Positions 18,133-27,739 of a DNA stretch of 64,000 bases are shown here, piece by piece. A program made the translations under genes and the position numbers. The notes under the pieces are model-generated. The model ran no database searches. It saw nothing but the letters and a program-made list of their open reading frames with translations, and was not told where the DNA came from. Origin of the DNA: Bacteroidaceae bacterium (GTDB lineage Bacteria; Bacteroidota; Bacteroidia; Bacteroidales; Bacteroidaceae); contig JAEEGS010000040.1 of assembly GCA_016280445.1 (NCBI GenBank), forward strand, positions 53,998 through 117,997, written 5' to 3'. Positions within the stretch are counted from its first letter, which is position 1; the number at the start of each line of letters is the position of its first letter.

Positions 18133-18298
18133 CCGAATGTAATGCTGGCGTGAAAGCTCCTCCCCACAGTTGACAGAGTATAGGCTGTAACTTCTTTAAC
18201 TCCTGAGCGCCATCGCGTAGCGCTTTGTTCGCAAAGAACCGGTAACTTCCGACAGTTGAATATATTATATATGGTGGAGAGTTGAGGAGCAAGAGAAA

Positions 18299-19342
18299 TC
18301 AATCGAAAAGACTGCGCATGCCGCTCTGGTCGTTGGGATTGACCCAAGGATTGCGTCCTAGATGCTTGTATGCGAGTTCCGTCACTTCTCGTCCACGTGG
18401 TGTGCGTTTGATGAAACCTTCTTTGATGAGGAAAGGTTCATAGACCTCTTCTACTGTTCCAGTGTCTTCTCCGATGGCTGTTGCAATAGTGCCCAAACCT
18501 ACAGGACCACCTTTGAACTTGTCGATGATAGTGGTGAGAATCTTGTTGTCTATCTCGTCGAGTCCAAATCGGTCGATATTGAGGGCTTCCAGCGCCATGT
18601 GAGCGATGGGGAGGTCGATAGTGCCATTTCCCTTCACCTGTGCAAAATCGCGCACTCTGCGAAGAAGTGCATTGGCTATACGTGGTGTGCCACGTGAACG
18701 GCTTGCTATTTCTCCTGCAGCATCGAAATCGCAAGGGATGCCTAACAGATGAGCGGAACGAAGGATGATTTTTGTGAGCACCTCGGCATCGTAGTACTCC
18801 AGGTGGAGATTGATGCCAAAACGGGCGCGGAGAGGTGCTGTAAGAAGACCGCTACGAGTGGTGGCTCCTACCAGCGTGAAAGGACTCAGATCTATCTGGA
18901 TGGAACGTGCAGAAGGGCCCTTGTCAATCATGATGTCGATACGGTAGTCTTCCATTGCAGAATAAAGATATTCTTCCACAACAGGAGAGAGACGATGTAT
19001 CTCATCAATAAAGAGCACATCATTTTCTTCCAGAGATGTGAGGATGCCTGCCAAATCGCCTGGTTTGTCGAGCACAGGTCCTGAGGTGACTTTGAATCCC
19101 ACTCCCAGTTCATTGGCAATAATGTTGGAGAGGGTGGTCTTGCCGAGTCCTGGAGGTCCGTGCAGCAGCGTGTGGTCGAGTGGTTCGCCACGATATCGTG
19201 CTGCCTCTACAAACACACACAGATTCTCCACCACTTTCGTTTGTCCGCTGAAATCTTCAAACCTAAGTGGGCGAAGTGCATTTTCAAAGTCTTTGTCCTT
19301 GATGGTACGTTGTTCCCTTATGTCAAAATTGTCTTCTGTCAT
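18299..19342 (-). CDS. ruvB: Holliday junction branch-migration helicase RuvB
   Basis: Walker [18 protein letters not shown], and RuvB-typical length and C-terminal winged helix. Confidence 0.95.
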   Translation of the reverse strand: MTEDNFDIREQRTIKDKDFENALRPLRFEDFSGQTKVVENLCVFVEAARYRGEPLDHTLLHGPPGLGKTTLSNIIANELGVGFKVTSGPVLDKPGDLAGILTSLEENDVLFIDEIHRLSPVVEEYLYSAMEDYRIDIMIDKGPSARSIQIDLSPFTLVGATTRSGLLTAPLRARFGINLHLEYYDAEVLTKIILRSAHLLGIPCDFDAAGEIASRSRGTPRIANALLRRVRDFAQVKGNGTIDLPIAHMALEALNIDRFGLDEIDNKILTTIIDKFKGGPVGLGTIATAIGEDTGTVEEVYEPFLIKEGFIKRTPRGREVTELAYKHLGRNPWVNPNDQSGMRSLFD

Positions 19343-19386
19343 CTGTTTATCTGTTCTCTTGATATGCTATGAAAGTGAAATATATC

Positions 19387-22155
19387 TTACTCATTCACCA
19401 TGAACTTTCCTTCGGCGTTGATGCCTTCGCAGGAGATGTACATTTCATGGCAGGAAGAGTTGTTAAAGAACTCGATGGTGGCTTTTCCCTCAGCATCGGT
19501 CTTCACATCAGGTTCCCACCAGAGTGTACGACGGAAATCTTCGATAGGTGGCAACGTGTTGTAGTCGTCTGTCTCGAAGGTGGAAGGCTTGTTATATCCT
19601 TGGAAATGGGTGTTGCGCAAACCCTTCTGTTTGACTTGAAACTTATGATGCGTATAGACAAACACCGTCACCGCATTGGGAATGGAAGGTATCGTTCTGA
19701 TGTAGCGCATGTAAGCATTGGCATTTTCGGTTACATAGACAGACTTCACCTCATCAATTTCAGTTCTCATGAGATTGCCTGCAGGGTCATCATCTGCTTG
19801 AGCCACTGCACTTCCTTGTAGGATGTCGAATTCATCAAATTTGGTAGAACCCAACGAAGTGATGGCATGATATGCGTTATCCACAATCCAGACGATGGGG
19901 CGATTCTTGTAAGAGAGTCCTGAAAAACGGTAGATGCTTCCTGTCTCATTCCCCTCCAGTTCCAAAGATTCTCCTTGGGTCACATCCTCCCCCTCGCTCA
20001 TATCCCCTTCTTCTGTGTTTTCTTCGTTCAGCGTGAAGTCGCTCGTGCTATTGTCAGCGTTGATGGCCGCCTCCGCATCGAAGGCACTCATATTTTTGCC
20101 AGAACCTCCAAAGTAAGGATTGCGCATGTGGAGCCAACTGCTGAGAGTAGGCAAGTCCATTCCCTTGTCGGCAAACATATCAGCATCCCTGTCCGTGTTA
20201 TAATACATCGTGGCATAATGCTGTGCTTCTGTTTCCGACTCCCATGCGGCACGGGCATTGTCGTAGATGCGTGTACGCTTGGCCTTCACCGTCACCGTAG
20301 GCAACACATGTTCACGTTTTTGTATGGGGATATATTCATGATTTTCTTCCGCCGCCTTTTTCGATTCCTCGTTGGCAAAGACATTAGGTCGCATCAGATT
20401 GATGGTCTTCGTCTCCTCGGTAGAGAGCCAACGGCGGGCAGGAGAGAAATGGCGGTCGATGCCCACAAAATAATTGGCATCCTTGTCATCCTTCTGAGTG
20501 TTGATGATGAGTTTCCATTCCCCGTCCATATTAGGTAAGGCAAACGCGTATGCACCTAAAGAGTCGGTCACGGTAGTACCTTCCAGATGCTCACCTAGTT
20601 GATTGTAGAACGTCATGGTGAGGTTGACACCATCTATCGTGTTTTTCTTCCTCTTTTGTCCTAACTTTCCAAACACATACAGTTTATCCTCGATAGGTTG
20701 GGTGAAGACGGCCGTACTGTCATTGAAGAGCGTATATCCCTCATTTTGTTCAATCGCACTTGCCATGAGCGCCCAGTCATATCGTCGCCATCCCTGCACC
20801 ATCATCAGCAAGTCCGCCGCCAGGCGATGTTCCTCATCATCTGCTTCGAAATAGTAGCCAGGGTCGGAAATGTAGCCCTTGATGTCGCTCGAGAGCAGGA
20901 GCCAAGTCATGGCATTCCCCTCACGTCCATTGGTCATCGTGGCAGCGTCGATGGCCGAAAATGACAGGTTGCTGTTGGGTTGCGCCTGCACATTGATGGT
21001 CACCTTCTTGCAAGGCCTTGGGAAAGCTTGTTCAGGACGAATGCGGATGGTGTCACCCTCTTGGCTTTTCGGCACGATGAAGAACTGGCGTTCCGTCTGA
21101 ATGTGACCATCGGCAGTGAAAAACGTCAGCTGGTTCACACCTTCAGGCATCGACGCCCTTTCGAACGGAATCATCATCGCCCGTTCGGCATACACCGTGT
21201 CAGCCTGAATCACCCTACCGTTATGCATCAGCGTATAACCCAGCAATTTCCCCACCATCGAGGGAGACGCATACACTGTTGCCTCTATGGCCTCCTCCTT
21301 CAGCATGTTCATCTGCATGGCCAGACCCTCCTCCTCCGCATCAGGCAACTTGAAGTCGTGCATCCTTCCCCTTCTGTCGGCCAACCGCAGATAGAGCGCC
21401 CTCCCGTCGGGAATAACCTTGAACGCACCCCTCCCCTCGCGCACCGTGGCAACCAGCGTCTGTTCCTGTTTCCTGTCGTCCAACAGGCTACCCTTCGTGT
21501 CGAGAAACGCCCCCGTCTTGTCAGTCACATAAAACGCCACGCGGTTAGGCAAACCCCTCACCAGTTTTCCACCCTCAGGGTAGAACCGCACCTTCAACCC
21601 GTTCTCCTTGTCGTTCAGGTCGTCGTTCGTCCTCACACTGGGCAAACGTTTCCGATACCCCAAGTTGTCCATCACCATTTTGGAGTAGTCGCCACTCCTC
21701 TTGGGCGCATTAAACACCGGGAACACCCGTGAGAAGATGCCGCCATTCCCCCAGTTCGTCATGTAGCGCGTGTAGGCACGCACCTCATAAAATCCCGTCG
21801 TGTAAAGGCTGTCCAACGTGATGTCGCCATGCGCCGTACCCTCCTGAATAGGCAATTTACGTGTCTCCACCACATCGCCCGATGGGTTCACCAGCTCCAC
21901 ATACAGCACCGCACTCATGTCCGTAGGCCTCCCATTGTCAGCCCTCACCACGTACGCCTTAAACCAAATTGTTTCGCCCTTGAAGTATCCCGTATTGTCG
22001 AAGTGCAGATACACCTTTTCCTGTGGCATCGTTTGTCCAAACATCATGGCGCGTTTCATGTAGGAGAGCACCCCCACAAGTTCGTTGTCCACTTGAGCCC
22101 TACATACATAAAAAGGCAGGAAAAATAGAGATAGGATGGTAAGAATCTTTTTCAT
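19387..22155 (-). CDS. Large secreted hypothetical protein (922 aa), possibly with an MG2/alpha-2-macroglobulin-like N-terminal region
   Basis: Signal peptide MKKILTILSLFFLPFYVCRAQ and a long uninterrupted ORF. The domain call is tentative. Confidence 0.6.
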   Translation of the reverse strand: MKKILTILSLFFLPFYVCRAQVDNELVGVLSYMKRAMMFGQTMPQEKVYLHFDNTGYFKGETIWFKAYVVRADNGRPTDMSAVLYVELVNPSGDVVETRKLPIQEGTAHGDITLDSLYTTGFYEVRAYTRYMTNWGNGGIFSRVFPVFNAPKRSGDYSKMVMDNLGYRKRLPSVRTNDDLNDKENGLKVRFYPEGGKLVRGLPNRVAFYVTDKTGAFLDTKGSLLDDRKQEQTLVATVREGRGAFKVIPDGRALYLRLADRRGRMHDFKLPDAEEEGLAMQMNMLKEEAIEATVYASPSMVGKLLGYTLMHNGRVIQADTVYAERAMMIPFERASMPEGVNQLTFFTADGHIQTERQFFIVPKSQEGDTIRIRPEQAFPRPCKKVTINVQAQPNSNLSFSAIDAATMTNGREGNAMTWLLLSSDIKGYISDPGYYFEADDEEHRLAADLLMMVQGWRRYDWALMASAIEQNEGYTLFNDSTAVFTQPIEDKLYVFGKLGQKRKKNTIDGVNLTMTFYNQLGEHLEGTTVTDSLGAYAFALPNMDGEWKLIINTQKDDKDANYFVGIDRHFSPARRWLSTEETKTINLMRPNVFANEESKKAAEENHEYIPIQKREHVLPTVTVKAKRTRIYDNARAAWESETEAQHYATMYYNTDRDADMFADKGMDLPTLSSWLHMRNPYFGGSGKNMSAFDAEAAINADNSTSDFTLNEENTEEGDMSEGEDVTQGESLELEGNETGSIYRFSGLSYKNRPIVWIVDNAYHAITSLGSTKFDEFDILQGSAVAQADDDPAGNLMRTEIDEVKSVYVTENANAYMRYIRTIPSIPNAVTVFVYTHHKFQVKQKGLRNTHFQGYNKPSTFETDDYNTLPPIEDFRRTLWWEPDVKTDAEGKATIEFFNNSSCHEMYISCEGINAEGKFMVNE

Positions 22156-23435
22156 TGTTCGGAAAAATAAGGAGAGGTTTGTTGTTGGGTTAATCTGTCG
22201 GCAGGTTGAAGCACATACAGGCGGTCATTCACCCGTACTCGGTCATTCACCTTGATGCTGATGTTTTGTCCTCGAGTGGCTGTGTTCACAGGTTGCAAGT
22301 CGAAACGTATCTCTTCGCAAGATTGAATGAGCGCACCTGTTGTGGTGCCTGTCACCAATATCTTGTCACCCACATGCAAGTCCTCATTTTCAATCAGAAA
22401 CTCTGCTACTCCTATTTTTGAGAAGTATTTGACGCATTTGCCCACATACACTTTCTTCTCCGTCGCCTTGCTGCCATACACTTCACACCATTCACCCAGT
22501 TTCTGACCCTGATAATATCCATCCCAGAAACCGCGATTGAAGACAGTAGACAGTTCTTTGTCCCACTTGTCTTTTTTCTCTTCAGTAAAACATCCGTCAA
22601 GCACCGCATGGATGGCTTCATTGTAGGCTTTCACCACTGTGTACACATATTCAGGACCTCGTGCACGACCCTCTATCTTGAACACCCTCACACCAGCATT
22701 CATCATCACATCCAAGAACCGAATGGTCTTGAGGTCACGTGGCGACATGATGTATTTATTGTCAACGTTCAGTTGGGTGCCTGTCTCCAAATCCGTCACT
22801 TCATATCCTCTCCGGCATATTTGCACACATTCACCACGATTGGCACTTCTGCCTGCATTTTGTAGAGACAGGTAGCATTTTCCGCTGATGGCCATGCATA
22901 GCGCACCGTGACAGAACATCTCTATCCTGATGAGGTCGCCTTTGGGGCCACGTATGTCTTGTTGAACAATTTCTTGGTGAATGTTCCTCACTTGCCACAT
23001 GTTCAATTCTCTTGCCAGCACCACTACATCGGCAAACTGCGCATAGAATTTCAAAGCCTCTATGTTGGAAATATTCAACTGTGTGCTGAGATGTACCTCC
23101 TGATTGACCTGGCGGCAATAAGTCATCACAGCCACATCGCTGGCAATGACTGCCGAAATCTGAGCCTCCTTTGCCGCATCCACAATCTCATGCATCGTGG
23201 GAATGTCTTCTTCGTAGATGATGGTGTTCACCGTCAAGTAAGACTGCACACCATGCTCATGACAAATAGCGGCAATCTCCTTCAAGTCATCTATTGTAAA
23301 GGCATTCGCGCTATGACTCCGCATGTTCAATTTGCCAATGCCAAAATAGATGGAATTGGCACCAGCCTTGATGGCAGCCGCTAAACTCTCACGGCTTCCC
23401 ACTGGCGCCATGATTTCAAAATCAGAACGTTTCAT
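22152..23435 (-). CDS. Peptidase U32 family protein
   Basis: U32 signature EMFCHGALCMAISGKCYLS. The start is set at MKRSDFEIMAPVG (ATG 23435), immediately after a -7 box. Confidence 0.85.
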   Translation of the reverse strand: MKRSDFEIMAPVGSRESLAAAIKAGANSIYFGIGKLNMRSHSANAFTIDDLKEIAAICHEHGVQSYLTVNTIIYEEDIPTMHEIVDAAKEAQISAVIASDVAVMTYCRQVNQEVHLSTQLNISNIEALKFYAQFADVVVLARELNMWQVRNIHQEIVQQDIRGPKGDLIRIEMFCHGALCMAISGKCYLSLQNAGRSANRGECVQICRRGYEVTDLETGTQLNVDNKYIMSPRDLKTIRFLDVMMNAGVRVFKIEGRARGPEYVYTVVKAYNEAIHAVLDGCFTEEKKDKWDKELSTVFNRGFWDGYYQGQKLGEWCEVYGSKATEKKVYVGKCVKYFSKIGVAEFLIENEDLHVGDKILVTGTTTGALIQSCEEIRFDLQPVNTATRGQNISIKVNDRVRVNDRLYVLQPADRLTQQQTSPYFSEQ

Positions 23436-23440
23436 GTGTG

Positions 23441-23448
23441 CAAAGGTA
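23441..23448 (-). promoter_or_regulatory. -7 box TAccTTTG (minus strand) directly upstream of the U32 gene (near-leaderless)
   Basis: CAAAGGTA on the plus strand, 5 nt from ATG 23435. It is part of a 12-bp inverted repeat with the divergent promoter (GCAAAGGTACGA at 23439-23450 / TCGTACCTTTGC at 23498-23509). Confidence 0.5.
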
Positions 23449-23476
23449 CGACTATGCAAGGGAAAATCCAAATAAA

Positions 23477-23508
23477 TTTGGTATTTCTCTCACTTAATCG
23501 TACCTTTG
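23477..23508 (+). promoter_or_regulatory. Promoter module TTTG-N20-TAccTTTG for the thioesterase/dprA genes
   Basis: TTTGGTATTTCTCTCACTTAATCGTACCTTTG. It matches the Bacteroidota -33 TTTG / -7 TAnnTTTG architecture and is near-identical to 26716-26747. Confidence 0.65.
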
Positions 23509-23538
23509 CAAGTGCAAAGAAAGAAACAAAAGAAGATT

Positions 23539-23946
23539 ATGGCTAACTACATCTTTGAATTGAAAGACAAAGTTCGCGACTACGAATGCGACTTGCAAGG
23601 CATCGTCAACAATGCGAACTATCAACATTACCTCGAACATTGCCGTCATGAGTTTTTATTGGCAAACAACATCAGTTTTGCTGAACTTCACGATCAAGGC
23701 ACCGATGCTGTGGTGGCACGTCTCACCATGCAGTTTAAGGTGCCGTTGAAAAGTCGTGACGAATATGTGACGAAACTGTGGATAAAGAAGGATGGTGTGC
23801 GTTACATTTTCATGCAAGACATTTTCCGTTTACCCGATATGAAACTGTGCATCCGTGCACAAGTGGATTCTGTCTGCCTTGTCGACGGAAAACTGGCCGA
23901 AAGTCCTGAACTCAACCAAAAATTCGCCCCATTTCTGCAAGCTTGA
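23539..23946 (+). CDS. Hotdog-fold acyl-CoA thioesterase (YbgC/4HBT family)
   Basis: 135 aa with VRDYECDLQGIVNNANYQHYLE, typical of 4HBT thioesterases. The start is set at MANYIF. Confidence 0.8.
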   Translation: MANYIFELKDKVRDYECDLQGIVNNANYQHYLEHCRHEFLLANNISFAELHDQGTDAVVARLTMQFKVPLKSRDEYVTKLWIKKDGVRYIFMQDIFRLPDMKLCIRAQVDSVCLVDGKLAESPELNQKFAPFLQA

Positions 23947-25082
23947 ACACACAGGAAATCATCTATTCCATCGCCCTCACCAAACTGAAAGGGCTGAATC
24001 TGTTGAATGCCCGAACCCTGCTCGACACGATGGGTTCGGCCACAGAAGTGTTTCTCCACAGGAACGAAATCTTGGATGTTCTTCCTCACGCAAGCCAACG
24101 GCTCAGGGATGCTCTTCATCATGTGGATGATGCTCTTCGGGTGGCGGAGAAAGAGATGGAGTTTATTGAGCAGAAACATCTGCGTGTGTTTACGCTGAAT
24201 GATGAAAATTATCCCCAGCGTCTGAAGGAGTGTGAAGACGCTCCCTTGGTGTTGTATCAATGTGGAACAGCCAACCTGAACAGTCCTCACATCATCAGCG
24301 TTGTAGGCACACGCAAATGCTCTACCTATGGTCGTGAAATATGCGCTAACTTCATTGCCGACCTCAAGAGGTATTATCCAGACACCGTCATTGTGAGCGG
24401 ATTGGCTTATGGGATTGATATATGTGCCCATCGTGCCGCCTTGGAGAATGGAATGAGCACAGTGGGTGTGTTGGCTCATGGATTAGACAACATCTATCCT
24501 TCCATGCATCGGAAAACTGCTATCGACATGATACATCAGGGAGGTGGATTGTTGACAGAATATACGACCCAAACTCAACCTGAAAAAATGAATTTCGTGA
24601 GCAGAAACCGTATTGTGGCGGGTTTGTGCGATGCTTGTGTGGTGGTGGAGAGTTCGGAAAGGGGCGGGTCACTCATCACAGCCGAGTTGGCATTGAATTA
24701 TAATCGTGAAGTTTTTGCTTTCCCGGGACGTGTGTATGATGACATTAGCAGGGGATGTAACAATCTCATTCGTCGGCAGCAGGCCACATTGCTGACGGAT
24801 GCTGCAGATTTGTTGGAGGTGATGGGATGGGCAAATCCGCTGAGTGCTTCCACCAAAAACAAAGTGGTGCAGCAAGACCTTTTTCCTGATTTGTCCGATG
24901 AAGAAAAAATGCTTGTCAACACACTCAAAGGAGTGGATGACAAGCATGTGAATCAGATGGCGATTGAGGCTGAGATGCCTTATGCGCGGGCAAGCATGTT
25001 GCTTTTCGATCTCGAAATAAGGGGTATCGTTCAGGCATTGGGCGGTGCCAGATACCGTTTGGCGAGAAAAGGGATTGTGTGA
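23943..25082 (+). CDS. dprA: DNA-processing protein DprA (Smf)
   Basis: Rossmann-like core with VVGTRKCSxYG, GLAYGIDICAHRAAL and a C-terminal winged helix. The apparent TTG start overlaps the upstream stop. Confidence 0.88.
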   Translation: MNTQEIIYSIALTKLKGLNLLNARTLLDTMGSATEVFLHRNEILDVLPHASQRLRDALHHVDDALRVAEKEMEFIEQKHLRVFTLNDENYPQRLKECEDAPLVLYQCGTANLNSPHIISVVGTRKCSTYGREICANFIADLKRYYPDTVIVSGLAYGIDICAHRAALENGMSTVGVLAHGLDNIYPSMHRKTAIDMIHQGGGLLTEYTTQTQPEKMNFVSRNRIVAGLCDACVVVESSERGGSLITAELALNYNREVFAFPGRVYDDISRGCNNLIRRQQATLLTDAADLLEVMGWANPLSASTKNKVVQQDLFPDLSDEEKMLVNTLKGVDDKHVNQMAIEAEMPYARASMLLFDLEIRGIVQALGGARYRLARKGIV

Positions 25083-25127
25083 GGGGTTTGTATTGATGAG
25101 GAAAATGCAAACACTCCTGACACCCGC

Positions 25128-25652
25128 TTATTCGTCGTCGGCCAAGATGATCTTGGCTTTTCCTCCCTTTTGAATCTTTTCTTCCGGTTTGTCGGTCACA
25201 CAGATGGGCACTTCTTTCTTGATGCTCTGGTCGAGCGAGATGAGGGTCTCTGTGGAGTCAACGCCCGTGATGCCCTGAATCTTGCGGTTGAGCAAGTCCA
25301 TGAGTTGTTCGTTGTCACGCGCATAGAGTTTCACCAGCATGGTGTAGGGGCCAGTGGTGTAGTGACATTCCACTATCTCAGGAATTTTGTTGAGTTCGCT
25401 CACCACGCGCTCGTACATGGAACCTTTTTCCAGTCGGATGCCTACATAGGTGCAGGTTTTGTAGCCGAGGCTTTTTGGGTTGATGACATAACCGGAACCA
25501 ACTATCACGTTGGTATCGATGAGTCGCTGCACACGCTGATGGATGGCGGCACGGGAAACACCGCAAACAGCGGCCACATCTTTGAACGGGATGCGGGCGT
25601 TGGCGGAGATGATTTCCATGATTTGTTTATCAAGTTTGTCTATCTTTTCCAT
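25128..25652 (-). CDS. Lrp/AsnC-family transcriptional regulator with a short charged C-terminal extension
   Basis: HTH (IPFKDVAAVCGVSRAAIHQRVQRL) plus a RAM/ACT-like domain. The start is set at MEKIDKLD. Confidence 0.85.
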   Translation of the reverse strand: MEKIDKLDKQIMEIISANARIPFKDVAAVCGVSRAAIHQRVQRLIDTNVIVGSGYVINPKSLGYKTCTYVGIRLEKGSMYERVVSELNKIPEIVECHYTTGPYTMLVKLYARDNEQLMDLLNRKIQGITGVDSTETLISLDQSIKKEVPICVTDKPEEKIQKGGKAKIILADDE

Positions 25653-25866
25653 TGTTCGTAAAGATGTTATTTGATTGCTTAAATCAGATGAGTTGAAACA
25701 ATTTGTAAACAAAAGTAGGTCATTTTTTTCTATTTGTCAAACAAAATCGAAAAAATTTAGTCTTTTAGGCAAAAAAACTTAGAAAAGTGACATCAAAGAC
25801 GAAATAAATGTGCTAATTTTACATATTCATATGAACGAATCCATTTTATTTTAACGTGTAATCAAA

Positions 25867-26460
25867 ATGAAAACTTTGGTTTTTGCAAGCAACAATGCGC
25901 ACAAGTTGGAGGAGATACGTGCCATCCTGAGTGGCTGTTTCGACGTGAAAAGTTTGAAGGACATCGGTTGTGAGGTGGACATCCCCGAAACGGGCTTCAC
26001 CTTCAGGGAAAATGCCTTGCAGAAGGCAACCTATGTGAAGGAGCATTTTGGGTTGGATTGCTTTGCCGACGATTCCGGGCTTCAGGTGGAAGCGTTGGGA
26101 GGTGAACCTGGCGTGTTTTCCGCACGCTATGCCACCAAGTGTGGTTATCCGGTGGAGGGAAACCGTGATGATGCCAACATGAATGTGCTGTTGGAGAAAC
26201 TGGCAGGCGAGACGAACAGAAAGGCGAAATTCTCCACTTGTGTGGCGCTCATCTACGAAGGGGAGACATATTTCTTCGAGGGTGAGGTGAAGGGAAAAAT
26301 CATCGACGAGAAGCGTGGCGATGGCGGTTTCGGCTATGACCCCATCTTCGTGCCTGAGGGTCACGATAAGACATTTGCGGAGTTGGGAAACGAGGTGAAG
26401 AATGGCATGAGCCATCGTGCCCGTGCTGTAGCGAAGTTGGCTGCGTTTTTGAAGAACTGA
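25867..26460 (+). CDS. rdgB: Non-canonical purine NTP pyrophosphatase (RdgB/HAM1)
   Basis: [16 protein letters not shown] and GGFGYDPIF motifs. Confidence 0.9.
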   Translation: MKTLVFASNNAHKLEEIRAILSGCFDVKSLKDIGCEVDIPETGFTFRENALQKATYVKEHFGLDCFADDSGLQVEALGGEPGVFSARYATKCGYPVEGNRDDANMNVLLEKLAGETNRKAKFSTCVALIYEGETYFFEGEVKGKIIDEKRGDGGFGYDPIFVPEGHDKTFAELGNEVKNGMSHRARAVAKLAAFLKN

Positions 26461-26464
26461 CGGC

Positions 26465-26665
26465 TCTTCCACAACCTCCGTTTCCTTTCTTCCATTTCCT
26501 CCACTTCCCCCCTTCCACTACCTCCAAATCGACGTCGTCGACATCGGTTAACCGACGTCGACGACATCGGTTAAGTGGCTGTGGAAGGAAGGTTGAGGAG
26601 GTAGTGGAAGGGTGGAAGTGGCGACTGTGGAAGGAAGGGTGAAGAGGAAAAAGGGGGAAAGAATC
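26465..26665. repeat. Long imperfect palindrome; a variant of Family A (same type of ends, different core)
   Basis: Ends CCTTCCACTACCTCC (26511-26525) and GGAGGTAGTGGAAGG (26597-26611). There are extra nested CCAC(T/A)TCC / GGAAGTGG pairs. The core has GTCGAC/CGACGTCG dyads and two direct CGACATCGGTTAA copies. Confidence 0.8.
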
Positions 26666-26715
26666 GGAAGGAAAAGCGTTGACGAAGTCAATAACAATGA
26701 AAATAGGCTTTTTCA

Positions 26716-26747
26716 TTTGGTATTTCTCTCACTTAGTCGTACCTTTG
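26716..26747 (+). promoter_or_regulatory. Promoter module TTTG-N20-TAccTTTG for the glutaminyl-cyclase/sufE/ABC genes
   Basis: TTTGGTATTTCTCTCACTTAGTCGTACCTTTG, with 1 mismatch to 23477-23508. Confidence 0.65.
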
Positions 26748-26767
26748 CACCCGCTAAATGGTTAGAA

Positions 26768-27739
26768 ATGAAAAAACTACTCTATATGGCCTTTTTACCC
26801 CTCCTTTTTGGGGGGTGTAAAGGTGAGAAAGGTGGGGAGGTGACGGATTATGTGTCACCAGCACCCGTCTTTTGTGAAGACTCTGCCTATCAGTATGTGG
26901 CTGAGCAATGTGCGTTTGGTCCTCGTGTGATGAACTCAGCGGCTCACGACTCTTGTGGCGAGTACATTGCCCGAAAATTCAAGAGTTTCGGGGCAGTGGT
27001 GTATGACCAATATGCCGATTCCAAACTCTACGACGGCACACCTGTCAAGATGCGCAACATCATTGCCTCCTACAACCCTGAGGCACCTGTGCGCATCCTC
27101 ATTGCAGGGCATTGGGACAGTCGTCAATGGGCCGACAACGACCCTGACGAGCGGAATCATAACACCCCGATTGATGGTGCCAACGATGGCGGCAGTTCCA
27201 TTGGTGTGCTGCTGGAGATTGCCCGTCAGTTGCAGTTGGCCAACGATTCCAATCAGGTGAAGATAGGGGTGGATTTGATATGCTGGGATGCAGAAGACAG
27301 CGGCGAGTCGGGCGGAGGCAACGAGAGCAGTTGGTGTCTGGGCAGTCAATACTGGGCAGGAGTGCGCCACGTGGAAGGCTACACCGCTCGTTATGGCATC
27401 AACCTTGATATGGTGGGCGGCAACAACACGGTCTTCTATCGGGAACGCATCTCGATGGCTTATGCACCGATGGTGGTGGATAAGGTGTGGGCGGCAGCCA
27501 ACCGCATCGGATACGGGAAGTTTTTCAGTTATGCCGATGAGGGAGGAGGGGTGACAGACGACCACCTGCAAGTGAATCAGGGAGGCATCCCCTGCATCGA
27601 CGTGATTGGCTCAGACACAGAGGATGGTGGATTCCCAGCCACTTGGCACACCTTGAATGATAACATCAGGAATATCAACAAAGAAACGCTGAAGGCGGTG
27701 GGACAAACCATGCTGGAGGTGATATGGACAGAAAAATGA
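26768..27739 (+). CDS. M28-family lipoprotein, glutaminyl-peptide cyclotransferase-like
   Basis: Lipobox LLFGGC and M28 metal-ligand regions IAGHWDS and WDAEDSGE. It resembles the type II glutaminyl cyclases described in oral Bacteroidota. The track N-terminus (26612) would run through the palindromic repeat, so I reject it. Confidence 0.75.
   Translation: MKKLLYMAFLPLLFGGCKGEKGGEVTDYVSPAPVFCEDSAYQYVAEQCAFGPRVMNSAAHDSCGEYIARKFKSFGAVVYDQYADSKLYDGTPVKMRNIIASYNPEAPVRILIAGHWDSRQWADNDPDERNHNTPIDGANDGGSSIGVLLEIARQLQLANDSNQVKIGVDLICWDAEDSGESGGGNESSWCLGSQYWAGVRHVEGYTARYGINLDMVGGNNTVFYRERISMAYAPMVVDKVWAAANRIGYGKFFSYADEGGGVTDDHLQVNQGGIPCIDVIGSDTEDGGFPATWHTLNDNIRNINKETLKAVGQTMLEVIWTEK

Noticed and set aside
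18262-18290. Minus-strand ...CTCTCCACCA, reminiscent of a tmRNA or tRNA 3' end
   Set aside because: There is no adjacent T-loop or acceptor stem, and no tmRNA 5' GGGG-type partner.
26612-26767. Upstream start for the glutaminyl-cyclase-like gene (track ORF start 26612)
   Set aside because: The extension would be translated through the palindromic repeat and the promoter module. A canonical lipoprotein signal begins at ATG 26768.
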